NCBI GenBank assembly: GCA_963665235.2
Contig: CAXXLX010000001.1
Coordinates: forward strand, 2,624,001-2,688,000
Direction of reading: 5' to 3'
DNA length: 64,000 nt
From: Candidatus Poribacteria bacterium
GTDB taxonomy: Bacteria; Poribacteria; WGA-4E; WGA-3G
The first letter of the stretch is position 1; each line of letters opens with the position of its first letter. Both the position numbers and the translations under genes were made by a program. Shown one piece after another: positions 50,349 to 59,612 of this stretch. Under the pieces are notes generated by a model. That model was not told where the DNA came from. It was given only the letters and a program-made list of their open reading frames with translations, and searched no databases.

Positions 50349-51440
50349 ATGGCGAATCAACTGAAGGTAGGAATTGTCGGGGCACATCGGGGGAGCTCTT
50401 ATGTGTCACCTTTCAAAGCAATAGCGGAAACCGATGTGACGGCGTTTTGTGACATCAATGAAACAACACTTCAAAACGTCACGGAACGGTTTAATACCCC
50501 GCAGCAGTTTACAGATTATACGGAAATGCTGGATGCAGTAGACCTTGTCGTGTTAGCAACCCCTGAAAATCTGCACGTACCGCAAGCAATTGAGGCGTTG
50601 GAGGCGGGAAAACATGTCATTAGTGAGGTAACGGCTGCTGTCAAGTTAGCGGAATGTTATGAGCTGGTTCGGGCAGTTCGGAAGTCATCTGCTAAGTATA
50701 CGATGGCTGAAAACACGTGCTATTCTAGGTCAAATGTGCTAATTCGCAGCCTTGTATCGGCAGGCAGGTTCGGAGATGTCTATTTCGGAGAGGGGGAATA
50801 TCTCCACAACGTCAAATCACTCCATCACGATACGGGTGGCAACCCGACGTGGCGTTATTATTGGCAGGTGGGGATTAATCGGTGCAATTATGCAACGCAT
50901 AGCCTCGGCCCTGTGCTGCAGTGGTTCGGTGAACGGGTTGTGAGCGTCTGCTGCCTCGGCACTGGGGTGCACACCGATGCGGAGCATGCGATGGAGGATA
51001 CAGTGATGATGCTGTGTAAAACGGAGAGTGGCGGGTTAATTAAGATACGCATCGATATGCTCTCAAATCGTCCTGCGAATTCCTATTTCAGTCTGCAAGG
51101 GACAAAAGGGTGTTACGAGAGTTCGCGCGGATTCGGCGGCCAACCCAAGATTTGGTTGAGCGAATTTGACTCAGGCGAACAGTGGAGACCCCTCTCCGAA
51201 TTTGAGGCGGATTTTCTGCCGGACCGGTGGAAAAATCCACCGGATGAAGCACAAAATGCTGGGGACCTGGGGGAATATTTTAAGGTGCGGGATTTTGTGG
51301 ATAGCATTCTCACCGATACACCACCCCCGCTTGATGTCTACACAGCGATGGATTTCACGGTGCCGGGGTTGGTTTCGGAGCAGTCTATTGCAAATGGCGG
51401 TGCGCCGGTGGAAGTCCCCGATTTTCGGAAGATTGAATAG
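50349..51440 (+). CDS. Gfo/Idh/MocA oxidoreductase
   Basis: KVGIVG, ATPENLH, GKHVISEV, YATHSLGP. Confidence 0.9.
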   Translation: MANQLKVGIVGAHRGSSYVSPFKAIAETDVTAFCDINETTLQNVTERFNTPQQFTDYTEMLDAVDLVVLATPENLHVPQAIEALEAGKHVISEVTAAVKLAECYELVRAVRKSSAKYTMAENTCYSRSNVLIRSLVSAGRFGDVYFGEGEYLHNVKSLHHDTGGNPTWRYYWQVGINRCNYATHSLGPVLQWFGERVVSVCCLGTGVHTDAEHAMEDTVMMLCKTESGGLIKIRIDMLSNRPANSYFSLQGTKGCYESSRGFGGQPKIWLSEFDSGEQWRPLSEFEADFLPDRWKNPPDEAQNAGDLGEYFKVRDFVDSILTDTPPPLDVYTAMDFTVPGLVSEQSIANGGAPVEVPDFRKIE

Positions 51441-51728
51441 AGAGCTGACACCCGAGTGCATTAAGGAGAGTCGTTAGTGTGCTAATCCGGGGTAGGTCGT
51501 CGCTGGTGAGCAATTCCGAAAGCGTTTGTGGAGATGTGTCGGTTTGCTTCGCAAGCTCGGAAATCCCGCCTTGTGATTCTACAACAGTTTGAAGTGCTAG
51601 CAGAAATACAGCAGCGTCCCCGTGGATTTGGTATATTCCAATGCCGCTTGGAGGTATCCGCCTGCCCTACTAGGGTCGGCAGCAAGTCGTTTGATTAAGT
51701 ACTCGCGCCAAGTTCGCAATTTTTTCAT
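51436..51728 (-). pseudogene. Frameshifted addiction-module antidote / HTH protein (HI1420-like)
   Basis: MKKLRTWREYLIKRLAADPSRAGGYLQAALE, 1-nt loss at ~51633, then YQIHGDAAVFLLALQTVVESQGGISELAKQT...PRISTLTTLLNALGCQLSI. Confidence 0.75.
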
Positions 51729-51747
51729 CTTTTAGAATAAATGTTTT

Positions 51748-51930
51748 CTATAATGCCTTATCTTCTTCTACAGGCTTGAAGACGAGTCCGCAGCTGCTGC
51801 AGCGGTATCCACTTTCCGGTTTGGATTCCACGGCGGGGAACAGCATACCACAGCAGATGGGGCACGGTTCATCAATTTCCATGTCAGCTTGTTCTAATTC
51901 GCCGGAGCGGTTTTCAAATTCAACGCGCAT
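51748..51930 (-). CDS. Small zinc-ribbon protein
   Basis: CPICC...CSSCG; follows the upstream stop by 3 bp. Confidence 0.65.
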   Translation of the reverse strand: MRVEFENRSGELEQADMEIDEPCPICCGMLFPAVESKPESGYRCSSCGLVFKPVEEDKAL

Positions 51931-51933
51931 GTT

Positions 51934-52647
51934 TTAATATCTCCTTAAGGTTGAATCAATTTCGGCTGCCCATCGGTCAATGCCGCCGGTGAGGTTTTTG
52001 ACGTTTCGGAACCCGTTTCGCTGTAGATAGGCGGCAGCGTACAAGCTCCGTTGCCCGTGGTGGCAGTAAACAACGATTTCCTGTTCGGCGGGTTGAAGTT
52101 CGTCCAATCTTTGGGGCAGCGCGTTAAGCGGGATTAAAATCGCGCCTTCAATATGCACGATGTCGTATTCGGTCGGCTCGCGAACATCAAGCAGCAGGAC
52201 CGGGTTTTCATCTAGTTGCTGTTTGAGCTCGCTCGGAGAAATTTCGATTGGGACTTGTGTTGTTTGCATATTTTCCTCGGTTTCATCGGCTGCTAAGGGC
52301 GCGCACGCCGGACAGGGACAGGTTTCGCGCAGCACTTCAAACGGATAGATGCCGGTGTTGTGGCCATCGTTCCAACTGAATTGAAGGGCATACCGCCCGA
52401 CTAGTTGAACGTCAAGCGGTGCGATATCCTCCACGACCTCAATTAGCGTTACATCGCCATCGCCTTGTGGTGAGAAGAGGGAATGGACATCTCTCCCTTG
52501 ATGCCGAATGATGGCGCATTCCGCACACGGACACATCTGTCTGAGATAGTGATACGGATACCAGCTGACATGCCCATCTTTCCATTCAATTTGGAAGGCG
52601 TTGGCATGTTTTTTGAGAAGTTTTGGGCTTTTTTTAACTGTATTCAT
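51934..52647 (-). CDS. DUF971 (GBBH-N-like) + rhodanese fusion
   Basis: WKDGH, LRQMCPCAEC, VGRYAL, WNDGHNTGIY; LLDVREP, YCHHGQRS, LTGGIDRW. Confidence 0.88.
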   Translation of the reverse strand: MNTVKKSPKLLKKHANAFQIEWKDGHVSWYPYHYLRQMCPCAECAIIRHQGRDVHSLFSPQGDGDVTLIEVVEDIAPLDVQLVGRYALQFSWNDGHNTGIYPFEVLRETCPCPACAPLAADETEENMQTTQVPIEISPSELKQQLDENPVLLLDVREPTEYDIVHIEGAILIPLNALPQRLDELQPAEQEIVVYCHHGQRSLYAAAYLQRNGFRNVKNLTGGIDRWAAEIDSTLRRY

Positions 52648-52947
52648 TACTCACGTTACCATACTTCATTCGGTGTCTATTTCATCATGTGACCTGTTTT
52701 CTTTATTGGCGATTAGCAATTGGCGATTGGCAATTTAGCAAGAGGTTTGTGCTTCTAAGTAGAAAACCGAAATATGCTATCACAGTCAAGCATTCAGTGA
52801 AAGAAAATGTTTTTTCTGACATAATATCCTCTTTATATCTGAAGCGCGTCAGAGTTCTCTTTCTCTTGCTAAAGGTTTCCATAGGTTTCCAACAGCCAGC
52901 GAGGTTTCCAATAGTCAACATTCTATAAACATACCACCCATACTGGA

Positions 52948-53199
52948 CTAAGAAGGAGGAGCAGATACCACTGTTTCTAACCACACGAGGCTCTTTTTAT
53001 CAGAAATCTGGATGTTTTCTGGCAATGAACGTCCTAGCTCTTCATAGAGCTCCATGACTGCCTTAAAAGCGTCTTTGACATTTTCTAATGACTCGTCTAA
53101 CGAATCGCCCTCGGTAACCAACTCAGGCAACAGTGGAGAAGTCACTGTATACCCGCCTTCGGGCTGTGGTGTTAGAACAAGGGGTATTTTGTATTCCAT
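52948..53199 (-). CDS. hicB: HicB-family antitoxin (no adjacent hicA)
   Basis: PEGGYTVTSPLLPELVTEGDSLDESLEN. Confidence 0.85.
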   Translation of the reverse strand: MEYKIPLVLTPQPEGGYTVTSPLLPELVTEGDSLDESLENVKDAFKAVMELYEELGRSLPENIQISDKKSLVWLETVVSAPPS

Positions 53200-53217
53200 C
53201 AGAAGCTCCTAAACTTG

Positions 53218-53520
53218 TTAAAAAATGCCGAGTTCGTCTTTTGCGTCCTCGCTCATCAGTTCGGGGGTCCAGCGGGGGGTCCAGACGACCTCGATGTTGA
53301 CTTCGTCGATGCCATCCATCTGTTGCGTGACGAGCTGGGTGCCGTTAATAATCTGTCCGCCAGCGGGACATCCTGGGCTCGTTAAGGTCATCGTAATATC
53401 GACGGTGGTGTCGTTGATGTCAACGCCGTAAATCAGGCCCATGTCAACGATGTTAATACCGATTTCTGGGTCGATAATGTTTTCTTTGATAGTCTCTAAT
53501 ACAGATTCTTCTGATACCAT
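53218..53520 (-). CDS. sufT: DUF59/SufT metal-sulfur cluster assembly factor
   Basis: DPEIGINIVDMGLIY, TLTSPGCP. Confidence 0.9.
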   Translation of the reverse strand: MVSEESVLETIKENIIDPEIGINIVDMGLIYGVDINDTTVDITMTLTSPGCPAGGQIINGTQLVTQQMDGIDEVNIEVVWTPRWTPELMSEDAKDELGIF

Positions 53521-53545
53521 TTGAATTTCCTCCTATGGAATGCAA

Positions 53546-53761
53546 TTAATTGTTGGTTAGCGCGATAATTGAGACAATGAGTGCCGCAATTGCACAAGTA
53601 GCAATTATCCAATCCTTGAGCATTGAAAAACCTATTTTACGGCCGCGCAATTCAGCAACATCCGTTTCAACGTTCCGAAGTCGTTCATCAATGCCTGCTA
53701 ACGTTGCCTTAATTTCATCAAAACCTTTTCCCATCAGGTCGTATAGTGCCTCTATTGTCAT
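53546..53761 (-). CDS. Small coiled-coil protein with C-terminal TM helix
   Basis: IDERLRNVETDVAELRG followed by hydrophobic tail. Confidence 0.65.
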   Translation of the reverse strand: MTIEALYDLMGKGFDEIKATLAGIDERLRNVETDVAELRGRKIGFSMLKDWIIATCAIAALIVSIIALTNN

Positions 53762-53836
53762 TTTACTTTCCGCCGGCGTTTAAGGGGTTGTTTCGCGCCA
53801 AAGGTGTGGACATTATAGCACCTTTTTTTGCGATTG

Positions 53837-54148
53837 TCAATCAATGCTTACCAAAACATCGTCGTCCTCAATTTTGACAGGAAAACATTCGATGTCTTCG
53901 ACGGCGGGCATACAGAGTGCTTTTCCGGTTTTGATGCAAAATCGTGCGCCGTGTCGTGGGCATTCTATTTCGTCATCGTTAAGGAAGCCTTCGCCAAGCG
54001 GGCCGCCGTCATGTGTGCAAACGTCTTCCATGGCGTAAAATTCGCCTTCTACGTTAAAGAGTAGCACAGGAACGAAATCTACTTCAACCAATTTTTTTGT
54101 GCCGGGGGGGGTTTCGCTAACTTTTGCGACTTTGTAATATTCTGGCAT
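53837..54148 (-). CDS. Rieske [2Fe-2S] ferredoxin
   Basis: CTH...CPRHG. Confidence 0.93.
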   Translation of the reverse strand: MPEYYKVAKVSETPPGTKKLVEVDFVPVLLFNVEGEFYAMEDVCTHDGGPLGEGFLNDDEIECPRHGARFCIKTGKALCMPAVEDIECFPVKIEDDDVLVSID

Positions 54149-54200
54149 GATGTTCCTTTCTTAATGTGAGTTTGATAATAAATGTCCGTTTTCCCTAACC

Positions 54201-54356
54201 TCTATAAAGATATCGTCCTTAAAGAGCGGGCTGCTTGCCCGAATACTGGGACTAAGCACCCGGGGGTATCTGCTGTTTCTATAAAGATATCGTCCTTAAA
54301 GAGCGGGCTGCTTGCCCGAATACTGGGACTAAGAGCCCGGTGGCATCCGCTGTTTC
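54201..54356. repeat. ~78-bp tandem duplication built on the CTATAAAGATATCG repeat
   Basis: Two near-identical units at ~54202 and ~54279. Confidence 0.85.
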
Positions 54357-54746
54357 TTATTGCTCTTCTTCGCCGGGCCAGCCTTTGATACCGTAGGCAC
54401 CGGCTTTCAGTACCTTGAGTGCTAATAAAGCACATTTTACACGGACTGGACCTAACGGGATACCAACCATGTCCAGAATGTCATCCCTTGAGAGTTTTTT
54501 GACTTCGGTGAGCGTTTTGCCCTCGATCTCTTCGGTTAGCATGGAGGCGGAGGCTTGACTGATGGTGCATCCGTATCCAGAAAACCGCACCGCTGTGATA
54601 ATATCGTCCTCAACAATCAGGTCAATCCGAATTTTGTCTCCGCATAACGGATTATCCTCTTCATGCGAAATATCGGGATTCGGCAACGTGCCGTAGTTGC
54701 TGGGGTTTTCGTAATGGTCAAGCAGCTCCTCTTGATATATGTTCAT
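54357..54746 (-). CDS. sufU: SufU/IscU scaffold
   Basis: NPLCGD, GCTISQASAS, RVKCALL. Confidence 0.92.
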   Translation of the reverse strand: MNIYQEELLDHYENPSNYGTLPNPDISHEEDNPLCGDKIRIDLIVEDDIITAVRFSGYGCTISQASASMLTEEIEGKTLTEVKKLSRDDILDMVGIPLGPVRVKCALLALKVLKAGAYGIKGWPGEEEQ

Positions 54747-56002
54747 CTTTTTCTCCGAGTCATGAGCTCTCGCGCTTTGCGAAGTCCATCACATAAGCGG
54801 TCTACGTCTTCCAACGTGTTGTATAGGTAAAAACTGGCGCGGACGGTTGCGATAACATCTAATTTTTTCATGAGCGGTTGCGCGCAGTGATGACCTGCAC
54901 GGAGGGCTACATTATGTGTATCCAAAATACCAGCGACATCATGCGGATGGATGCCCTCCATATTAAAGGAGATAACCCCGGCTTTCTGATGCGGTGCCGG
55001 CCCATAAAAGGTAATGCCGTCAATTTCTTGTAGCCTTTGATGTGCGTATTTCAGGAGCTCCTGTTCATGGACATGAATTGAGGCTAACCCCGCTTGTGTA
55101 ATATAATCTACGGCACTTCCAAGTCCAATGGCTTCGGCAATGCTGGGGGTGCCTGCCTCAAATTTTGCAGGGACATCCGCGTAGGTTGATATGTCACGTT
55201 CAACGCTCCGAATCATTGAGCCGCCCCCGAGAAAGGGTGGCATCTCCTCAAGTAGTTCCAATTTGCCGTAAAGTACACCGACACCGGTCGGACCACACAT
55301 CTTATGCCCAGAAAATGCGAGAAAGTCGCAATTGAGCTGCTGCACGTCAACATGAAAGTGCGGGACAGATTGGGCTGCATCCACGACGACCTTTGCACCA
55401 ACGCCATGCGCCGCGTCAATGACAGATTGTATCGGCGTGATTGTGCCGAGTACATTAGAGACGTGCGTTATGGCGACCAGTTTGGTTTTTTCGGAAAACA
55501 GCTCGCTGAGTTGTGTGAAGTCAAGCAAGCCTTCATCGGTTATCTCAAGGTATCGAAGTTTCGCGCCGGTGCGTTGGGCAAGCAGCTGCCACGGCACAAG
55601 ATTGCTGTGGTGTTCAAGGACAGTGAGAACGATTTCATCTCCCTCCCGAATATTCGCGCTGCCCCAGCTGTAGGCGACGAGATTGATGGACTCCGTGGTA
55701 TTCCGCGTGAAGACGATTTGACTCGAACGTTGCGCGTTAATGAGTTTTGCCACTTTCTGCCGTGCCTGTTCGTATTGTGCCGTGGCTTCTTCCGAAATTC
55801 GGTAGATGCCGCGGTGGATATTGGAACGGTAGGTGTCGTAATACGCATCCATCGCCTCAACGACAGGACGCGGTGTTTGTGTTGACGCGGCACTGTCGAG
55901 GAATGCTAACGGGGGCTCGTCCGCGAAGATTGGAAAATCTTGGCGGATGGCTTGAACGTCAAGTGGACGAAAGTCGGAGGTGTGTTTTGTTTTTTGTGTC
56001 AT
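54743..56002 (-). CDS. sufS: Cysteine desulfurase SufS
   Basis: EHHSN, FSGHKM, RAGHHCA. Confidence 0.95.
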   Translation of the reverse strand: MTQKTKHTSDFRPLDVQAIRQDFPIFADEPPLAFLDSAASTQTPRPVVEAMDAYYDTYRSNIHRGIYRISEEATAQYEQARQKVAKLINAQRSSQIVFTRNTTESINLVAYSWGSANIREGDEIVLTVLEHHSNLVPWQLLAQRTGAKLRYLEITDEGLLDFTQLSELFSEKTKLVAITHVSNVLGTITPIQSVIDAAHGVGAKVVVDAAQSVPHFHVDVQQLNCDFLAFSGHKMCGPTGVGVLYGKLELLEEMPPFLGGGSMIRSVERDISTYADVPAKFEAGTPSIAEAIGLGSAVDYITQAGLASIHVHEQELLKYAHQRLQEIDGITFYGPAPHQKAGVISFNMEGIHPHDVAGILDTHNVALRAGHHCAQPLMKKLDVIATVRASFYLYNTLEDVDRLCDGLRKARELMTRRKR

Positions 56003-56073
56003 ATTATTATATCCAAACAGATTTAATTATCGTTTTGTCGTAGTCTTTTGTCATCACAACTGCTCCTATCTCA

Positions 56074-56226
56074 ACGCAAGTTGCCACATAGTAGCACAAA
56101 CTTCCTAGTTTGTGGCATAAGGGCGCAAACTAGGAAGTTTACGCTACAAAACCCCGGAGCAGCACGATAGTTTTCAATAGAAGCCGGTTCTCGCATGCCG
56201 AAAATCCTGTCCCTAACAACTTGGGT
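56074..56226. mobile_element. MITE with inverted GTAGCACAAACT REP pair
   Basis: ACGCAAGTTG...CAACTTGGGT; 7-bp duplication TATCTCA. Confidence 0.85.
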
Positions 56227-56240
56227 TATCTCATGAGCCG

Positions 56241-56750
56241 CTAAAAAACAGTAATCACCGGGTGATTCGTTTTAGGAATCACCGGCGGATCAATTTTATG
56301 TGTGGCGAACTTGAGGCATGCCACAATATCTTTGGAATTAAGGGCCGGCATTTCCTCAAGAATCTCTTTAAAAGAGAGCCCGCTGGCAAGTAGGTCTAAA
56401 ACATCTGTGACCCGAATCCGCATGCCTCGGATGCAAGGTTTGCCACCACACTGCTCTGGATTGGAGGTAATCCTCAACCTTAAGGTGAAATGGGTGCACG
56501 TTTTTGCCCAATCAGCTCCTTCTGAATAGATGCTGCCAGGTCCAGGCACGAAAAAACTCAGGTTTGTAGACTTTTCTAATTTGTTGCGTATTTTCCCACT
56601 GATTTCAAAATCACGTTCGGTATCAGGGGCGGTTACTTTTACGGACAGCGCATCGTCCTTAGAACGATCTTCATCGTATTCGAGATAATCGTAATCTTTT
56701 AGAATTCGCTTGAGAGTCTCTACGATTTCTGGATTTTCTGATAGTTTCAT
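56241..56750 (-). CDS. Protein with C-terminal DUF433 domain
   Basis: RITSNPEQCGGKPCIRGMRIRV..EILEEMPAL. Confidence 0.8.
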   Translation of the reverse strand: MKLSENPEIVETLKRILKDYDYLEYDEDRSKDDALSVKVTAPDTERDFEISGKIRNKLEKSTNLSFFVPGPGSIYSEGADWAKTCTHFTLRLRITSNPEQCGGKPCIRGMRIRVTDVLDLLASGLSFKEILEEMPALNSKDIVACLKFATHKIDPPVIPKTNHPVITVF

Positions 56751-56827
56751 GGTATTTTTATCTGAATCGCGGATTTCACGGATTATGTCGGGTTTTGCAA
56801 GCTCAACGCGACATACGACTTTTCTGA

Positions 56828-57136
56828 CTATTGTGTAGCATGTTCATGAAGAATCTCAACGATTTTGCGGGCAATTGGTCGTAGTTTTTCTTCTAACACA
56901 TCGTCATCAATAGTAAAGAATATACCTTTGTCTACATCCAGCGGAAACGCCTTATCCTGTTTTACACCGTTCAGGGCGTAACGAACCCGTACGAAGGGAC
57001 TATATCTACGGCCTTCCCGATAGGGTTCTTCTACACTCAGAAACTCAATTGAATCGGTGCCGGGGACGCGCCCTTCCAAATCTATGGTCTTGAATGTGAG
57101 TTCAAGTTTATTGACATTATCAACTATATGTTTCAT
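56828..57136 (-). CDS. Hypothetical protein
   Basis: 102-aa co-oriented ORF; no family recognised. Confidence 0.65.
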   Translation of the reverse strand: MKHIVDNVNKLELTFKTIDLEGRVPGTDSIEFLSVEEPYREGRRYSPFVRVRYALNGVKQDKAFPLDVDKGIFFTIDDDVLEEKLRPIARKIVEILHEHATQ

Positions 57137-57151
57137 GAAAGTGCTTCTTAT

Positions 57152-57409
57152 TTATTGTGAGAGATGCATATCAACATAGACATCAAAACAGTTCACAACA
57201 CAAGTTGCGGGAATAGTTCCATAAGCAAGAATTTCGGCATCTCGTAAGGCTCTAACAAATGTTAGACGTCCAATTGAAATATGTTGAATTAGACGGACAG
57301 TTGTGGGCGCTACTTCTGGTGCCCTTGCTGTAAAACCAATCTCTGTAGGATTGTTATTGTTGAGGGACCAGTAAGTATCAATACCCACTCCTCGGTAGAA
57401 TATCGACAT
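57152..57409 (-). CDS. Hypothetical protein, possibly an internally deleted ART-fold remnant
   Basis: IFYRG at N-terminus and DAEILAYGTIP near C-terminus. Confidence 0.45.
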   Translation of the reverse strand: MSIFYRGVGIDTYWSLNNNNPTEIGFTARAPEVAPTTVRLIQHISIGRLTFVRALRDAEILAYGTIPATCVVNCFDVYVDMHLSQ

Positions 57410-57436
57410 AAACTATCTTTAAGCGTCCTTGCATTA

Positions 57437-57588
57437 ACGCGAGTTTGAAAAAAAGTTTTGACCTAGAGCGTTCTCTGGTAGTTTTAGCAAAAAACGGCAC
57501 AAACTAGGAAGTTTATGCTACAATTATTCCGCTTTTTTCGTGATGAAAAAGGTTTAGAGCAAACGGATATTTATTATCAAGCTCACGT
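57437..57588. mobile_element. MITE, sister of 14464..14616
   Basis: 8-bp duplication TTGCATTA; near-identical inverted sequence. Confidence 0.88.
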
Positions 57589-57638
57589 TTGCATTAGTAA
57601 TGGCGAGGCATGAACGCCTCGCCTAGGGTGAAAAACGA

Positions 57639-57980
57639 TTACGCGCCCGGAAAACCAATATTGACAGGAGACGGCCCGTGATCCTCACACGCCTGATCGG
57701 TGGGGACATCCGTTTCGGCACTGTTCGGGACGACAATGCCTTCCTCAAGCAGATATAACTCCACTTCGTCGCCGCTGACATCGGCAAGCATGACATCGTC
57801 GATTTGGACACACGGCTGGTAAGGTTGCCGAGTTTTCTGGACCATTTCACGATAGTTGTTTTCATCATTGATGATATCCCTGTCTTCATATTCCAAACCG
57901 TATTTGGCGAAGATGGCACGGACACCGTTGCTCCAGCCACAGACAGGTTTCATATAAGCGATAATTTTCGGTTGATTCAT
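57639..57980 (-). CDS. Monothiol glutaredoxin-like protein
   Basis: KPVCGWS, QPCVQID. Confidence 0.85.
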   Translation of the reverse strand: MNQPKIIAYMKPVCGWSNGVRAIFAKYGLEYEDRDIINDENNYREMVQKTRQPYQPCVQIDDVMLADVSGDEVELYLLEEGIVVPNSAETDVPTDQACEDHGPSPVNIGFPGA

Positions 57981-58035
57981 TGTGTATAACTCCTTCCTTT
58001 TTGGTATATGGTTAATGGCACACCGAGTGTGCTGA

Positions 58036-59397
58036 TTAATTTGATAGTTTACGTGAAATAAATGTTTGTAGCTCTTCCCGGACAGCCTCTAAAGGGATGC
58101 GTTCCATAACGGGTTGAAAAAATCCGTCGACAATCAGTTTTTCGGCTTGTGCGTAGGGTAGTCCGCGGCTCATCAGGTAGAAAACCTGCTCAGGGTCAAT
58201 TTTTCCTGCGGTGGCACCGTGTGTGCAACGGACCTCATGCGCCTGAATCTCTAATCCCGGTAAGGTATCGGCATGTGCGCGTTCGCTAAGCAACAAATTG
58301 TCGTTTTTCTGATACGCATCGGTATAGTTCGCATCCGGATAGACATATATATTTCCACCCCAGGCAGTCTGTGACCTATCTTTCAGGACAGCTCTATATA
58401 GCAGGTCGCTGGAGGTATAGGGTGAAACGTGTTCTTGTGCCGTGCTGACATCCAAGTGCTGCCGCGCGTCGGTGAAAACTAGTCCCAACATTTGTGCGGT
58501 GCACCCTGTTCCCTCTAGAACAATCGCTTGGTTTAGTTTGTTCAATCTCCCGCCAAAAGTGGCTGTAACCCAGCAGAGTTGCGCGTCTTTACTGACGATG
58601 GCTCGGTGTGAGGCGAAATTCCAGACGTGCCGATTGTAGTTTTGCACCTGTACGTAGGTGACGTTGGCGTTCTGTCCGGCGAAAATTTCAACCGCGCCAC
58701 AGTGCAGCCCGCCCGCGTCCTGAGCTGTAGAGGTATTATCCTCAAAAATGACAACCTCGCTGTTTTCTTCAGCGATGATGAGGACATGTGATAAATCAGC
58801 GTGTTGTGCCTCGGCGAGCTTGATATAGACACGCAGGGGCACTTCCACTCTGACACCCTTCGGTACGTATAAGACGTAACCGCCTTGCCAGAATGCCCCA
58901 TGGAGTGCGTCAAACGCGTTCTGGGTGGCGATATTTCCACTTTTTAACGTTGTCTGTAGTGTAACCGCCTTCGTCATGAAGTGGTCACGGATTAATTCTT
59001 CGTGTTCGTTTAGTGCAGTGTGGAGGTCGGCGAAATAGACATCCTGTTTTTCCAACGGTGCAGACACGGTGGTGTGTTGAAGTTGCCCATCTACTTGGAC
59101 GAGCACGCCTGCGGCATCCTCAGTGGCTTCAGGTATGTCAACCGATGTTCCACCGTTAATTTCAGCGGCGGTCTGATAATTCTCAACTGCGAAGCCGCGG
59201 AGATGTCGTCGAGTTCGCCGCCAGTAATCCTGGGTACGCATATCGACGGTACGTCGCCAGACATCGTCTTCGGTAGTGTGCGGCATGGGTGAAGATTGGT
59301 AGAGGGCGTACGCCTCTAAACGTCTTTCGCGCATCCACTGCGGTTCGGTTGCCGCTATTTTTTCAAGAAATTCTTTTGACAAATCGCCTTTTTGCAA
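58036..59397 (-). CDS. sufD: Fe-S cluster assembly protein SufD
   Basis: PGLEIQAHEVRCTHGAT, FYLMSRG. Confidence 0.93.
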   Translation of the reverse strand: MQKGDLSKEFLEKIAATEPQWMRERRLEAYALYQSSPMPHTTEDDVWRRTVDMRTQDYWRRTRRHLRGFAVENYQTAAEINGGTSVDIPEATEDAAGVLVQVDGQLQHTTVSAPLEKQDVYFADLHTALNEHEELIRDHFMTKAVTLQTTLKSGNIATQNAFDALHGAFWQGGYVLYVPKGVRVEVPLRVYIKLAEAQHADLSHVLIIAEENSEVVIFEDNTSTAQDAGGLHCGAVEIFAGQNANVTYVQVQNYNRHVWNFASHRAIVSKDAQLCWVTATFGGRLNKLNQAIVLEGTGCTAQMLGLVFTDARQHLDVSTAQEHVSPYTSSDLLYRAVLKDRSQTAWGGNIYVYPDANYTDAYQKNDNLLLSERAHADTLPGLEIQAHEVRCTHGATAGKIDPEQVFYLMSRGLPYAQAEKLIVDGFFQPVMERIPLEAVREELQTFISRKLSN

Positions 59398-59409
59398 TTT
59401 TTTATCCTT

Positions 59410-59577
59410 TGAAAATCGCGAGCGGAGCTCGCTCCTACAGAATATGGTATCCTATGAAAATCGCGTGCACAGCACGCTCCTACAGAATATGGTATCCTAT
59501 GAAAATCGCGAGCGGAGCTCGCTCCTACAGAATATGGTATCCTATGAAAATCGCGTGCACAGCACGCTCCTACAGAA
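59410..59577 (-). repeat. Four 45-bp tandem REP units alternating between two variants
   Basis: TCGCG at 59416, 59461, 59506, 59551. Confidence 0.95.
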
Positions 59578-59612
59578 GAGAATCGCGAGGGTTTCCAATA
59601 GCCAATAGCTAT

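Noticed and set aside
52695-52930. Riboswitch or hicA gene between hicB and the DUF971 fusion
   Set aside because: No HicA-like motif or recognisable riboswitch; contains 7-mer and GGTTTCCA repeats also seen near 47.9 kb
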